From: a bacterium
GTDB taxonomy: Bacteria > Patescibacteriota > UBA1384 > 2-12-FULL-50-11
Length of the DNA: 64,000 nt
NCBI GenBank assembly: GCA_021463485.1
Contig: JAJTYJ010000002.1
Location: 108,638 to 172,637, forward strand
Direction: 5' to 3'
Shown: piece after piece, positions 18,518 to 29,038 of the stretch
Numbering within the stretch: position 1 is the stretch's first letter
Layout of the letters: each line of letters opens with the position of its first letter
Notes under the pieces: generated by a model
Databases searched by the model: none
What the model was told of the DNA's origin: nothing
Seen by the model: the letters and a program-made list of their open reading frames with translations, nothing else
Program-made: the position numbers and the translations under genes

Positions 18518-19693
18518 ATGCAAATTTCGACAAAAAACATCTCCAAAACTCGTCTTCAAATAACCGCCGAATTTTCGGCAGACGATACTGCTCTACATTT
18601 TGATCGAGCAGTCACCAGACTAGGCCAGAATCTGAAGATTTCTGGGTTCCGCCCCGGAAAAGCCCCAAAAAACGTTATAAAAGATAACCTAGACTCTGAT
18701 TCCCTGCGCGAAGAGGCTTATAGCTTAGCCGTTCGCGATGCCTGGACAGATATCGTCAAAGAGCTAAAAGTTGTGCCAATTCAAGATCCGGAAGTTGAAA
18801 TTATTGAGTTCGATGAGGACAAACCATCGACGCTTCAATTTTCTTTCGATATTAGACCGGAAATTACAGTAAAAGGTTGGGAAAAAATTAAATTAGGCAA
18901 GGCGAAGCTCGAGCCGGTTACTGACGCGGACGTCGAAAAGGTTTTAGAGTCTTTATCTAAGGGGCACGCCCAAACAACTGTCACGCTTGAGAAGGCTGAA
19001 AAGGGCGATCGAATTGATGTTACTTTTGAAGGCTCAGTTGGTGGTGTTCGCAAAGATAAACTAACGGCGGCAAAATTTCCCGTGATGCTCGGCGAGGCCG
19101 GTGTCTTACCAGGATTTGAGAAAGAATTACCAGGCGTAAAAAAGGGCGATCATAAAAAATTTTCAGTGCCGTTTCCTAAAGATCATTACGATGAAGAGTT
19201 GGCAGGTAAGAGCGTTGATTTTTCGTTAACAGTAGATGAAGTTTATAAAATTGCGCTACCAAAACTCGATGACGAATTCGGTAAAAAATTTGGTCACGAT
19301 AGTCTCGAAGAATTGAAACAAGCGATTCGCGCTGAACTAGAAACTGAAAGACTGACCGAATACGAACAGTCGCGCCGTGCAGAGTGGCTGGCCGAGTTTG
19401 ATAAATGCATTAACGTTGAAGTGCCGGAAACCCTACTTCACTCAGAAGTTGAGCGCTCAAAAAGTGCTTGGCAGGCGTTCTTAGAAGAGCGGCATTTATC
19501 CTCGGAAGATTGGTTAAAGCGTCGGAAAGTTACGATGGAACAAATGGAGAAGGATTGGCGAACAGCCGCCGAAGCATCCGTTCGCGTTGGCTTGGGCTTA
19601 TCGCAGCTTGCTAAAGAACAGGGCAAAGAACTTTCAACCAACGACGATTTCCAAGAATATCTAAGCGAGTTGATCGAGAAAACTTTCAAGTAG
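18518..19693 (+). CDS. tig: Trigger factor
   Basis: N-terminal ribosome-binding region with GFRPGKAP motif; PPIase-like middle; length about 391 aa; sits upstream of clpP in the conserved tig-clpP arrangement. Confidence 0.8.
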   Translation: MQISTKNISKTRLQITAEFSADDTALHFDRAVTRLGQNLKISGFRPGKAPKNVIKDNLDSDSLREEAYSLAVRDAWTDIVKELKVVPIQDPEVEIIEFDEDKPSTLQFSFDIRPEITVKGWEKIKLGKAKLEPVTDADVEKVLESLSKGHAQTTVTLEKAEKGDRIDVTFEGSVGGVRKDKLTAAKFPVMLGEAGVLPGFEKELPGVKKGDHKKFSVPFPKDHYDEELAGKSVDFSLTVDEVYKIALPKLDDEFGKKFGHDSLEELKQAIRAELETERLTEYEQSRRAEWLAEFDKCINVEVPETLLHSEVERSKSAWQAFLEERHLSSEDWLKRRKVTMEQMEKDWRTAAEASVRVGLGLSQLAKEQGKELSTNDDFQEYLSELIEKTFK

Positions 19694-19719
19694 TACTAAC
19701 TTTTTGGAAACAAATTTGT

Positions 19720-19870
19720 GGAAACCAAGGGGCTTAATTGCGAAGCAGCCCCTATGGTTTCCACACCTTCCTTACCCTGCACGCTTTGGGAACACGTGGC
19801 CTGAAGCGTGCTTGGGGTGAGGGTGTCGGGAGAGGGGCAGCGCTTCGCAAGTAGCACCCCCTCTCCCGAC
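19720..19870. ncRNA. Candidate structured RNA: three consecutive perfect hairpins in a GC-rich intergenic block (identity unknown; SRP-RNA-like GAAGCAGC motif in hairpin 1)
   Basis: Hairpin 1 is ggaaaccaaggggc…gcccctatggtttcc (19720-19762). Hairpin 2 is gcacgctt…aagcgtgc (19779-19811). Hairpin 3 is gtcgggagagggg…cccctctcccgac (19826-19869). The region is conspicuously GC-rich compared with the flanking intergenic DNA. Confidence 0.3.
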
Positions 19871-19951
19871 AAATAAATATTGAATAATAACAACTTGATT
19901 GTTACTTAGATTATTGACTTTTTGTAAAGCAAACTTTACATTACCCATATA

Positions 19952-20545
19952 ATGAATAAAGAAGTACGTGGTAACTATTTGGTACCGATGGTGGTTGAGA
20001 AATCACAATTTGGTGAAAGAGCATTTGATATTTATTCTCGCCTACTACGCGATCGAATTATCTTTCTGGCCGGACCAATCGACGATAACGTTGCCAATTT
20101 AGTAATGGCCCAGCTACTTTTCCTGGAATCTGAGAACTCAAACCAAGATATCCAAATGTATATCAACAGCCCGGGCGGGTCGGTCTCGGCGGGCTTGGCT
20201 ATTTACGACACAATGAACCACATCAAGCCAGACGTTTCGACGATCTGCATGGGAATGGCTGCCTCAATGGGAGCGTTTTTACTCGCTGGCGGCACGAAGG
20301 GTAAGCGGTTCGCTCTGCCGAACGCGCGAATGATGATCCACCAAGTCATGGGCGGTGCCGAGGGTCAGGCGAGCGACATCGAAATCCAAGCGAAAGAAAT
20401 TCTCTATATCAAGCAGCGCCTTAATAAGATATTGGCTCAAAACACCGGGCAAAAGTTGGAACAAATCGAAAAAGATACCGACCGCAACTTTTGGATGGGG
20501 GGCGAAGAGGCCAAAGATTATGGTCTACTAGATAAAGTACTGTAG
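19952..20545 (+). CDS. clpP: ATP-dependent Clp protease proteolytic subunit
   Basis: The Ser active-site block [11 protein letters not shown] and the His/Asp region are present. Length is 197 aa. Confidence 0.92.
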   Translation: MNKEVRGNYLVPMVVEKSQFGERAFDIYSRLLRDRIIFLAGPIDDNVANLVMAQLLFLESENSNQDIQMYINSPGGSVSAGLAIYDTMNHIKPDVSTICMGMAASMGAFLLAGGTKGKRFALPNARMMIHQVMGGAEGQASDIEIQAKEILYIKQRLNKILAQNTGQKLEQIEKDTDRNFWMGGEEAKDYGLLDKVL

Positions 20546-20632
20546 CTGTCTGTAGTTTTCCGAAGTGTGTAAAGCATTTCAAGGATAACCCGCTTGTATT
20601 AATTGTCTAGTTAGTTTTTACTGTATTAAAGT

Positions 20633-20944
20633 ATGACCGTTTTCCTACTAAAACTTGGTCTTTGGAATCTAGGTGTTCTTGTTTTATATTTATTGATCAC
20701 GGGCCTTGGTAAATATGAGAACACATTCGCTGGTGGCTTCGTCATATTTGCGCTTTATCTGTTTTACTTCGTGCCAATAACTATATTCAGTTTGTTTGGC
20801 CATTTTTTTCTAAACCACTCGATAGACCCAGAAGTTAAGCGTTACCTACTGTATAACGTGTACTTTTGGGTGGGAGTATATGTTTTGATGTGGTTGGTAT
20901 CGATTATTACCGGGGTTAATAAATGGTTTGGCGGGTCTGGATAA
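20633..20944 (+). CDS. Hypothetical small membrane protein
   Basis: 103 aa, 3-4 predicted TM helices. Confidence 0.35.
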   Translation: MTVFLLKLGLWNLGVLVLYLLITGLGKYENTFAGGFVIFALYLFYFVPITIFSLFGHFFLNHSIDPEVKRYLLYNVYFWVGVYVLMWLVSIITGVNKWFGGSG

Positions 20945-20986
20945 TGCGCTTAATTGCCATCGAGCGATATATGGTGTACCCTTTCT

Positions 20987-21760
20987 ATGAGAATAATGGC
21001 TAAGAAATGGGTTGTGGTTGCTGTCGCGATTGCTTTTATAACAGGCGTAGCTGCTGGTACCCTTACCAGGGTTGCTGATTATCGCGCATTTGACGAAAGT
21101 GGCTCGGTTGATTTAGAGACGTATGTCGACCGTCTTGGCGAGAAGTTTCTTAGTGAGTATGTAAAAAGACAACTCCAAGAAAGTGTACCAGCTACTTCGT
21201 TGAATAAGTTGAATAACTTTAATCAACCCAAGTTTACTAATTTCTTTATTCCCCATGCGCGTGCCCAACTTGGCTCATCTTTGCCGCGGGTTGGAGAAAC
21301 ACTGCCGGCCTGCTACTTACCAGATGGAAGCGAGATTCTATCCCAGGTGCTAGAAGAGGAAGACGAGCAACTGGAGATGTTTTGTGTAAAATTTAAACTA
21401 AACGGCACGATTAACTCGGAGTTATATGATGCCAAACCGATTTATGATGAGCAATATTTTATAGATAACGGGTTTAATCACTTAATTGGTGCCACTGAAT
21501 TTTGGGTTGGTTCCTGGGATTTTACCGTTACCGTAGAGAGGTTCAACCCTGACGACGACTGCAATAGCACTGTTCGCTACTCCAAAAGTTTCAAGGGGAA
21601 CGGTATATTTATGTTCGGTAACGAAATCATTGAACGACTTGAGGAAAGTATCGACAAGATCAAGAGTTTATTCAACTTAGAGTTACACTGTCAATCAAAT
21701 AAAACATTAGACTCAAGTTCGGGACTTTTAATTAAAAACCGTTGTTCTTATTGCAATTAG
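20987..21760 (+). CDS. Hypothetical secreted/membrane-anchored protein (Cys-rich C-terminus …CSYCN)
   Basis: The ORF-track start is TTG. A likelier start is the ATG for MRIMAKKW… or MAKKW…. There is an N-terminal TM/signal, VVVAVAIAFITGVAAG. Confidence 0.4.
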   Translation: MRIMAKKWVVVAVAIAFITGVAAGTLTRVADYRAFDESGSVDLETYVDRLGEKFLSEYVKRQLQESVPATSLNKLNNFNQPKFTNFFIPHARAQLGSSLPRVGETLPACYLPDGSEILSQVLEEEDEQLEMFCVKFKLNGTINSELYDAKPIYDEQYFIDNGFNHLIGATEFWVGSWDFTVTVERFNPDDDCNSTVRYSKSFKGNGIFMFGNEIIERLEESIDKIKSLFNLELHCQSNKTLDSSSGLLIKNRCSYCN

Positions 21761-21804
21761 TTTATATCGATATCTAGGAACTGTATACCAGTATAGAATT
21801 GCCT

Positions 21805-22233
21805 CTATATTATTTCTATAATATAGGGTTGGCTTTCTATAATAACTAAGGGGTCTATGTCAAAAAAGCGCCCGGGTGCGACAGAAATCAAATCCGGTAC
21901 GTTTGTCGGCTCGCCCTGACCAGCACCACCACCTTCGTCATAAGCAAAATAGAGAAAGCCCTTTGTGGACATCATGTTTACTCCGTATTGGAGTTTGAGC
22001 TGTTGCCCGTCGTGTCGAGTGTCGAGCGTCACCGCTCGAATCTTCCCAGCCGGGATGATTTGGATAATGTCGCCAAGGGTGAAAGGCAGAGCGCCTTCCG
22101 AGAACCTGAGATCGCAGTCGCTGTCATATGTCTCGAGCTTTGCTCCGAGACGGTTGGCGAGCTCGTTGGCGAGTCTCTTGCATTCGTCGTGGGTAGATGA
22201 ATTGGCGAAAACGATTGACCACTGTTTTGTCAT
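21805..22233 (-). CDS. Hypothetical protein (GC-rich islet)
   Basis: 142-aa ORF with GC content higher than the flanks. The N-terminus is weakly flavodoxin-like. I could not confirm it. Confidence 0.3.
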   Translation of the reverse strand: MTKQWSIVFANSSTHDECKRLANELANRLGAKLETYDSDCDLRFSEGALPFTLGDIIQIIPAGKIRAVTLDTRHDGQQLKLQYGVNMMSTKGFLYFAYDEGGGAGQGEPTNVPDLISVAPGRFFDIDPLVIIESQPYIIEII

Positions 22234-22340
22234 AAAGGTGCTCCTTGAGTCGGGAGAATTGTATCGAAGATTCCTCGGTAAGTCGAGAGATTTGACAGAA
22301 GAAAAAAATCAGCAACGATCGCTCTGACGGAGGAATACCG

Positions 22341-22874
22341 ATGCACGTTACAACAGTTTGTTCTCTGGTCTATCTTTTCAGTGGCAACGTCGTCTGTCTG
22401 CCGAAATCGTTATCGGGCCCAACGAAGGGTAGGCGGAGCGGTTACGGCGGCAAGCAAGAGTCGGGCGAGACAATTCGCGAGTGCGCAATCCGAGAAACGA
22501 AAGAAGAGTCGGGTGGGATTCGAGTGTTGGAACTCGAGAAGCGAGGGGTGGTTACCTTCCACTGGGGCAGCAAGCAGGATGTTCCGGGTCTTAGCGTCGA
22601 GCGCTGTACGGACGTGGAAGTCCACGTCTACCGCTCTGATCTTTGGGAAGGAATCCCGATCGCCACAGATGCTTTTAGTGATCCGACTTTCTTTCCGATT
22701 GGCGAGATTCCGTATCACGAAATGATGCCGTGCGAAGAGCTGTGGTTCGCTCAGTTGCTGGCTGGAAATGAGTTCACGGCCGAGATGCACTTTCGCAAAT
22801 GCGACGGCAAGATTTTCTGTCGAGAAGGGCACTTGCACAAACGAGCCCGCCACGACCTACTCGCCAAGCCCTAG
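22341..22874 (+). CDS. NUDIX hydrolase
   Basis: The Nudix box GGKQESGETIRECAIRETKEESGG fits GX5EX7REUXEEXGU. GGAGG lies upstream of the ATG. A terminator follows. Confidence 0.7.
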   Translation: MHVTTVCSLVYLFSGNVVCLPKSLSGPTKGRRSGYGGKQESGETIRECAIRETKEESGGIRVLELEKRGVVTFHWGSKQDVPGLSVERCTDVEVHVYRSDLWEGIPIATDAFSDPTFFPIGEIPYHEMMPCEELWFAQLLAGNEFTAEMHFRKCDGKIFCREGHLHKRARHDLLAKP

Positions 22875-22893
22875 GAGACTAGGGCTTTTTTTG
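22868..22893 (+). terminator. Rho-independent terminator
   Basis: ccctaggagactaggg hairpin followed by a T8 run. Confidence 0.6.
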
Positions 22894-23076
22894 ATGCAGT
22901 TCTCGGCGCAATCGAAGCCAACTAATAACAACCGTAACGAAAAGAAGTGCAACAATTAAAATTGTCGCAAACAGATTTTTACTTACAGTTAAGTTTTTCG
23001 TCAGCTGTATCTCGTTGTCTTTCAGCTCGAATCCGGTACCATCCGTCTCTGTTTCAGTTTGACCGGTCTGGTTCGG

Positions 23077-24615
23077 CTAATCATTCGTCCTACCGGAATT
23101 CTTGGTAGTAGATTGCTTGGTTGTTGAGTTGGTAGTGGAGTTCGAAGTTGTATTGGAGCTTGAACCACTTGTCGACTCGATAGGATCGCTAATTCTCAGT
23201 AACGTTATTTTATCTGGTGCAGAGATTGAGAGTGTCGTAGTGCTGCTCTCAATTTTATATGCGACCGTATTAGCTGGTGAGTAATACTCAACGTTCTTTG
23301 GAGAAGCGAAGGTAATAGTTGCCGCAGTTGTGGCGTCAGCGTCAGTTGTGTTGCTTTTGTCGTATTGGAGAGCCAGCCAGTGGCTGCCGTCGCTTTTTTG
23401 AAGCAGGGTGTGACGCAAGCCATTGCCGTTAATTTGCATCGATAACGCCTTTAAGCCAACGCTACCACCATCTTTCAGTAATGCGATCGTGTTTTTAAGC
23501 CACACATACGCCGGTTTCTCGCGACCATCCTCATTAATTAACCCGAAGTTTTGTTCTTTAAGCGTTGCTGCCGATGGCTCGTCAAGAAAAGCGTAAATGT
23601 ACGTTCGCGGAATTCCGCGCTCAAAAAAATCGAAAAGGATACGAAGAAGATACTTTGCTTGCTGAGTTTCTGAATATTCATGAGTTGAATGTCCGGTTTC
23701 GGTAACGAAAACCGGCTTAGGTGCGTAGCGATTGACGGCGTGTTGAACGGTGTTAGCAAAACAAGTTGAAACAGAGTTAAGGCCGCAATAGGGGTGTGAA
23801 TTCCCGTACGAGATATTAGCGTTAATGGGGTTGAGGTACGTCCGTAAGTTTGTGCCGTTGTACGTCTCATTTTGGTGATACTGTAACCAAACGAACGACG
23901 GTGCCACGGTGATGATATTGGCAGTTGCCGGATCTGAGAGCAGCTTACTTTTAGCGTTTGAAGCCGCACCGAGCACGTCGTCTGGCCAATCGGAGTTTTG
24001 CTGTAGTGAGTACTTGTACCAGTTGGATGGCGACGGCGAGTAGTTACAGACGAAACTGAAGCAGTGATCGGGCTCATTTGGGTTTTCAATATTTGAGAGT
24101 TTCACGGACACACTCACTGGTTGTCCGACCTCGTTACCACAAGGAACGACCCCTGGAACTAGGTGCAATTTAACTTTCGGCAAAAAACAGGTGTTCATCG
24201 GGCTGGTCGAGTCGGTAGGATTAATCGTGGCGCTAAGCGAGAACTGAATTGGTGGGTAATTACTCGGAGGGTTACTCAGCTCGTGTAATTTCTGCAAATA
24301 GCTAACAAACCCAGCACCGCCGTGAGCGAGATTTTGTCGGACGTGGTGAACGCCGAGCTCGCGAATTTTCGGCTTAACTAGACTATTATAGACGTCGGCA
24401 AAGTGGGCGTTAGATTTGTAGTCGTTATAGGTTAAGTGGGTTACAACCCCGATACTCTCAACAAAGCTCTGAGCGGTTTTGGGCTGGTATTGTGTGAAGT
24501 CATTTTCGGCCTGAAATTCAGCGTTATTACTGTATGTTGCTACGTAGAACGCCGCGGAAAGCACAAGAAATCCAAGGAGTAAGAACGCTTGTCGAGGGTT
24601 CTCAAAGAGTTTCAT
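23077..24615 (-). CDS. Secreted TIM-barrel glycoside-hydrolase-like protein with C-terminal Ser/Thr-rich tail
   Basis: N-terminal signal/TM. The motif VFVTETGHS resembles the xTExG nucleophile block of clan GH-A enzymes. The C-terminus STSGSSSNTTSNSTTNSTTK is low-complexity. The GH family is not determinable by eye. Confidence 0.35.
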   Translation of the reverse strand: MKLFENPRQAFLLLGFLVLSAAFYVATYSNNAEFQAENDFTQYQPKTAQSFVESIGVVTHLTYNDYKSNAHFADVYNSLVKPKIRELGVHHVRQNLAHGGAGFVSYLQKLHELSNPPSNYPPIQFSLSATINPTDSTSPMNTCFLPKVKLHLVPGVVPCGNEVGQPVSVSVKLSNIENPNEPDHCFSFVCNYSPSPSNWYKYSLQQNSDWPDDVLGAASNAKSKLLSDPATANIITVAPSFVWLQYHQNETYNGTNLRTYLNPINANISYGNSHPYCGLNSVSTCFANTVQHAVNRYAPKPVFVTETGHSTHEYSETQQAKYLLRILFDFFERGIPRTYIYAFLDEPSAATLKEQNFGLINEDGREKPAYVWLKNTIALLKDGGSVGLKALSMQINGNGLRHTLLQKSDGSHWLALQYDKSNTTDADATTAATITFASPKNVEYYSPANTVAYKIESSTTTLSISAPDKITLLRISDPIESTSGSSSNTTSNSTTNSTTKQSTTKNSGRTND

Positions 24616-24647
24616 AATCTTCTTCTAGCCTACCCGCTGGGCAGCCG

Positions 24648-24676
24648 TTGACGCAAGGAAACCTAATAGGTACAAT
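24648..24676 (+). promoter_or_regulatory. Sigma-70-type promoter for 16S rRNA (TTGACG-N17-TACAAT)
   Basis: Near-consensus -35 TTGACG (24648-24653) and -10 TACAAT (24671-24676) with a 17-nt spacer, about 380 nt upstream of the 16S 5' end. Confidence 0.55.
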
Positions 24677-25056
24677 TACAGACGTACTTTGCTGCTTTAA
24701 CAAGCGGGACCTTTGTTTTACCTACCACGGGAACAAAGGAGCGTAATCGCGAACATTTCGCGGTTACAAGAACAAACCAGCCGATGGACTGGCAAATTTC
24801 CATCCCTTTCTCGGTAAAACGAGAGAGTGCCAAACAATTCCAAAAAAACAAAACAGTATGTCAGCTGAAATGATTTATCATTTCGCTCGTAAGGTTCAGT
24901 AGGCTTTTATGTGAGTTAAATCTCAAAGAGTTTGACGAAGACGGTTTCGGCCGTCGGACACAAATTTCTTACCAAAAGGTAAGAGTTTGATCTGAGCACA
25001 ATTCTTCTGAAGAGTGCGAAGACAAACTCTCATAAAAATCCCTACAGGAATTTTTA

Positions 25057-26505
<1,449 letters not shown>

Positions 26506-26596
26506 AGAGGAATCTAGATGTCGACTCCGATCTATATCGGAGAGATGCTACCAATATAGGTAGCGAAAACGTTCTTGTAACCGCAAAGTGTTTGAA

Positions 26597-26627
26597 AACA
26601 AAAAAGAGGCTAAAGCCTCTTTTTTGT
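26597..26627. terminator. Bidirectional intrinsic terminator between the convergent 16S and tRNA genes
   Basis: A-run, hairpin agaggc-taa-gcctct, T-run. Confidence 0.55.
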
Positions 26628-26637
26628 TGCATATTCG

Positions 26638-26836
26638 TGGGCGATACTGGACTCGAACCAGTGACCTCGTCATTATACGCTGAGCGAACCGTTCAAATTT
26701 TGTCTGTGCGCGTACCTGGACTCGAACCAGGGACCTCGTCATTATCAGTGACGCGCTCTAACCAGCTGAGCTATACGCGCAAGGACAAAATTTGAATGTA
26801 TCAGTGACGCGCTCTAACCAGCTGAGCTAATCGCCC
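26638..26836 (-). tRNA. Split/intron-containing tRNA-Ile(GAU)-like gene: 5' exon 26798-26836, 125-nt insertion 26673-26797 at position 37/38, 3' exon 26638-26672
   Basis: 5' part is GGGCGAT-T-AGCTCAGCTGGTTAGAGC-G-CGTCA-CTGATA. 3' part is A-TGACG-AGGTC-ACTGG-TTCGAGT-CCAGT-ATCGCCC-A. The acceptor pair (GGGCGAT/ATCGCCC) and the T-stem pair (ACTGG/CCAGT) are perfectly complementary to each other and differ from those of the nested gene. The insertion holds the complete tRNA-Ile above, bracketed by the inverted repeat TTCAAATTTTGTC / GACAAAATTTGAA. Confidence 0.5.
26707..26780 (-). tRNA. tRNA-Ile (anticodon GAU), complete 74 nt, nested inside the interruption of a second tRNA-Ile gene
   Basis: Minus-strand cloverleaf: acceptor GCGCGTA/TACGCGC, D-arm TAGCTCAGCTGGTTAGAGC, anticodon stem-loop CGTCA-CTGATAA-TGACG, T-arm CCTGG-TTCGAGT-CCAGG. 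No encoded CCA. Confidence 0.85.
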
Positions 26837-27001
26837 TCGTTTCACTCGGGCGTTGCTTCGCAATCGCCCAATGGGCCGTTACTTTCGTAATCGCCTAAAC
26901 TATTAACCTGCCTGCTGGTGGCAAGTTACCAAACAATTGTACCGAATAATTGTCGTTCTATCCAGGTTCAGTTGGGGTAAATAATATGGCATACTACCGA
27001 T

Positions 27002-27583
27002 ATGGTTGCCGAAGACGCCAAGAAAAAATTTTCACATAAACAGGCGCTACAGTTGGTCGGATTTATTCTGTTGTTTGGTCTTTTTGTTGGTGGAATCTCG
27101 GCAATTATGAATAAGTTTCTTGCGCCACACATCGAACCGTTAACCGATATTATTTCGTACCATCCGTTCCGAGCGTTGGCCGGATACTTTCTATTTGTCA
27201 TGATCGCCTCGGTGTTTGTACCGATTCCAACACTGCCGGTAGATTTGTTGTTTTTTGAATACGTTGACCCGACAAGCGTTATTGTCGCTCGAGTTCTCGG
27301 TGGGGTGGCTGGAGGGAGTATTAGCTATTATTTGGCCTATAACTACGGCCGACCGCTATTAAAGCGATGGCTATCGAGAAAAAATTACGATTTTGTCGAG
27401 GGTGTCTCGAACGCCGTGAGCTGGAAACAATTTTTCATTATCACTATGATTCCGATCATCAACGCAGAACTAATGGCGTTCGTTGGAGGTGTTGGGAAAA
27501 TTGGCTATCGAAAAACTATCGGAACGTTGCTACTTGCGATCGCGTACCGAGTCCTGTTCGTTTACGCTGTCATCCAACGTTAG
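27002..27583 (+). CDS. DedA/TVP38 (VTT-domain) family membrane protein
   Basis: 193 aa, multi-TM, with a conserved PIPTLPVDLL…G VTT-like core. Confidence 0.55.
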   Translation: MVAEDAKKKFSHKQALQLVGFILLFGLFVGGISAIMNKFLAPHIEPLTDIISYHPFRALAGYFLFVMIASVFVPIPTLPVDLLFFEYVDPTSVIVARVLGGVAGGSISYYLAYNYGRPLLKRWLSRKNYDFVEGVSNAVSWKQFFIITMIPIINAELMAFVGGVGKIGYRKTIGTLLLAIAYRVLFVYAVIQR

Positions 27584-28995
27584 CGGCGTTTAATAATAAT
27601 GGCGTTAGGCAGGCTCCGGCCCGGGCCAATTTTGTAACTACTATTAAACATCATCGCACTCGATCCGCCGCCGTCGACGTTGAGCGCGTAATCGACGTCG
27701 AGCGCGTCCATTACTGCGGACAAATCCGGAACTGTGGCGCTGGTTGCAATTACTAAGTAGAGCGTTTGGCCCTTTAGCCCGATCGCGCCTCGATTCGATT
27801 TTGTTGTGCGTTGCTTGTCATCGAGCGAGCCTTCGTCGAGAATATTATTGCCGTTACTAATTAATGCTGGTTTGCAGTTGATACCGGCGACTCCAGCAAA
27901 CCCCGAACCGGCGTAGCTGCTCCAGGATGAAAAATATCTAGCGGTACCGGCGGAGTTAAAAGCGATAAACGGGTCGTTTTCGCCTAAGCCGTTGTTAGCG
28001 TTAATCATTTTACTGAGACGAGTATTGAGCACTTTCCAGAAGAACGAGCCGACTTGGCCGGCGCACGCTGAGTAATCGGCGGGGCAAAAATAGGTACCGT
28101 TCATGCCGGCAAAGCCGCCGTTACCACTGACGTAACTACTTAAGCTTTTGGTCGGGCAGTTATCGGTGCAATCGTTGTCGTTAGCGGTATCGGTGCTAAC
28201 AGCAAACTGACCGCTAGCTAAGTTAAAGGTTGAGAGATGGATACTGAAGCTACCGCGACTGGTTGCGATCGATATTTTCTCATACTTACTGTCGCCGTTA
28301 GTGGTGGAGGTCGTGGTGGTCGTACTGGTTTTTGCTTGCGTCTTTGTAAGTGCCAAATTAAGCGTTGTTGTTTGCTGAGCTGTAATACTAACGCCGGTTT
28401 TTTTAACCGAATTGTAACCGCTCTTTGATGCTGTGAGTGTGTATGTCCCGGCCGTAATCGTAAAAGTATAAGCGCCGTCGGCGGCGCTTGTTGTGGTAGT
28501 CGTTGTTGTGCCGTCTGTAAGTGTTAGCGACACTCCTGAGAGAAGTTGTTCGCCTTCTTTCACTACACCAACAAGTATTCCGGATTGGCGCTGTAACTCA
28601 GCGACTCGATTTATCTCCGTTTGAGTGGCAATTAGTGTTTCAACCACGGCGACTTGATCGCGAATAGTGTTAAAATTTTCAATCGTTTTAGTCGGATCAG
28701 AAATCCGTGATTTAATTTCAACAATTACTTTCTCAAGCGCCGCGGTGTCAGCTCCGATTGCCTTAGCAGCGTCAACTTTTTCCTGAAGTGTCTTGATTGC
28801 GGCGACTAATTGTAATTGTGAGTTATGCTCCAGCTCAACAGCCAACTGCTGATCGAGGCGATCGCTTTGCTGTTTCTGCAGCACGCTCTGAGCTTGCAGC
28901 GAAGCGATAATTATCAGAAACGTTACGATCAGTGACAAGCCGCGCCACTTATGGCTATGAAGCTCGTTCGAAATTGGTTGGAATAACCGATGCAT
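27580..28995 (-). CDS. Membrane-anchored extracellular protein: coiled-coil, CarboxypepD_reg-like beta domain, C-terminal phosphodiester-glycosidase (DUF2233/NAGPA-like) domain
   Basis: N-terminal TM. The segment at ~40-130 is heptad-rich. The run TTTTTTTSAADGAYTFTITAGTYTLTASKSGYNSVKKTGV resembles a CarboxypepD_reg-like fold. Near the C-terminus, ALNVDGGGSSAMMF matches the DGGGSS hallmark of the phosphodiester glycosidase family. Confidence 0.45.
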   Translation of the reverse strand: MHRLFQPISNELHSHKWRGLSLIVTFLIIIASLQAQSVLQKQQSDRLDQQLAVELEHNSQLQLVAAIKTLQEKVDAAKAIGADTAALEKVIVEIKSRISDPTKTIENFNTIRDQVAVVETLIATQTEINRVAELQRQSGILVGVVKEGEQLLSGVSLTLTDGTTTTTTTSAADGAYTFTITAGTYTLTASKSGYNSVKKTGVSITAQQTTTLNLALTKTQAKTSTTTTTSTTNGDSKYEKISIATSRGSFSIHLSTFNLASGQFAVSTDTANDNDCTDNCPTKSLSSYVSGNGGFAGMNGTYFCPADYSACAGQVGSFFWKVLNTRLSKMINANNGLGENDPFIAFNSAGTARYFSSWSSYAGSGFAGVAGINCKPALISNGNNILDEGSLDDKQRTTKSNRGAIGLKGQTLYLVIATSATVPDLSAVMDALDVDYALNVDGGGSSAMMFNSSYKIGPGRSLPNAIIIKRR

Positions 28996-29038
28996 GATCG
29001 TATTGTAACCGAAACGATGCGTTGCTACGGTTGGTCTG

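Noticed and set aside
22381-22853. Alternative-frame ORFs (22381-22725 plus, 22410-22853 minus) overlapping the NUDIX gene
   Set aside because: High GC creates long open frames in all phases. Only the frame carrying the Nudix box and an RBS is credible.
24663-24851. 62-aa ORF overlapping the 16S promoter region
   Set aside because: No RBS. It overlaps the near-consensus rRNA promoter and leader. Likely noncoding.
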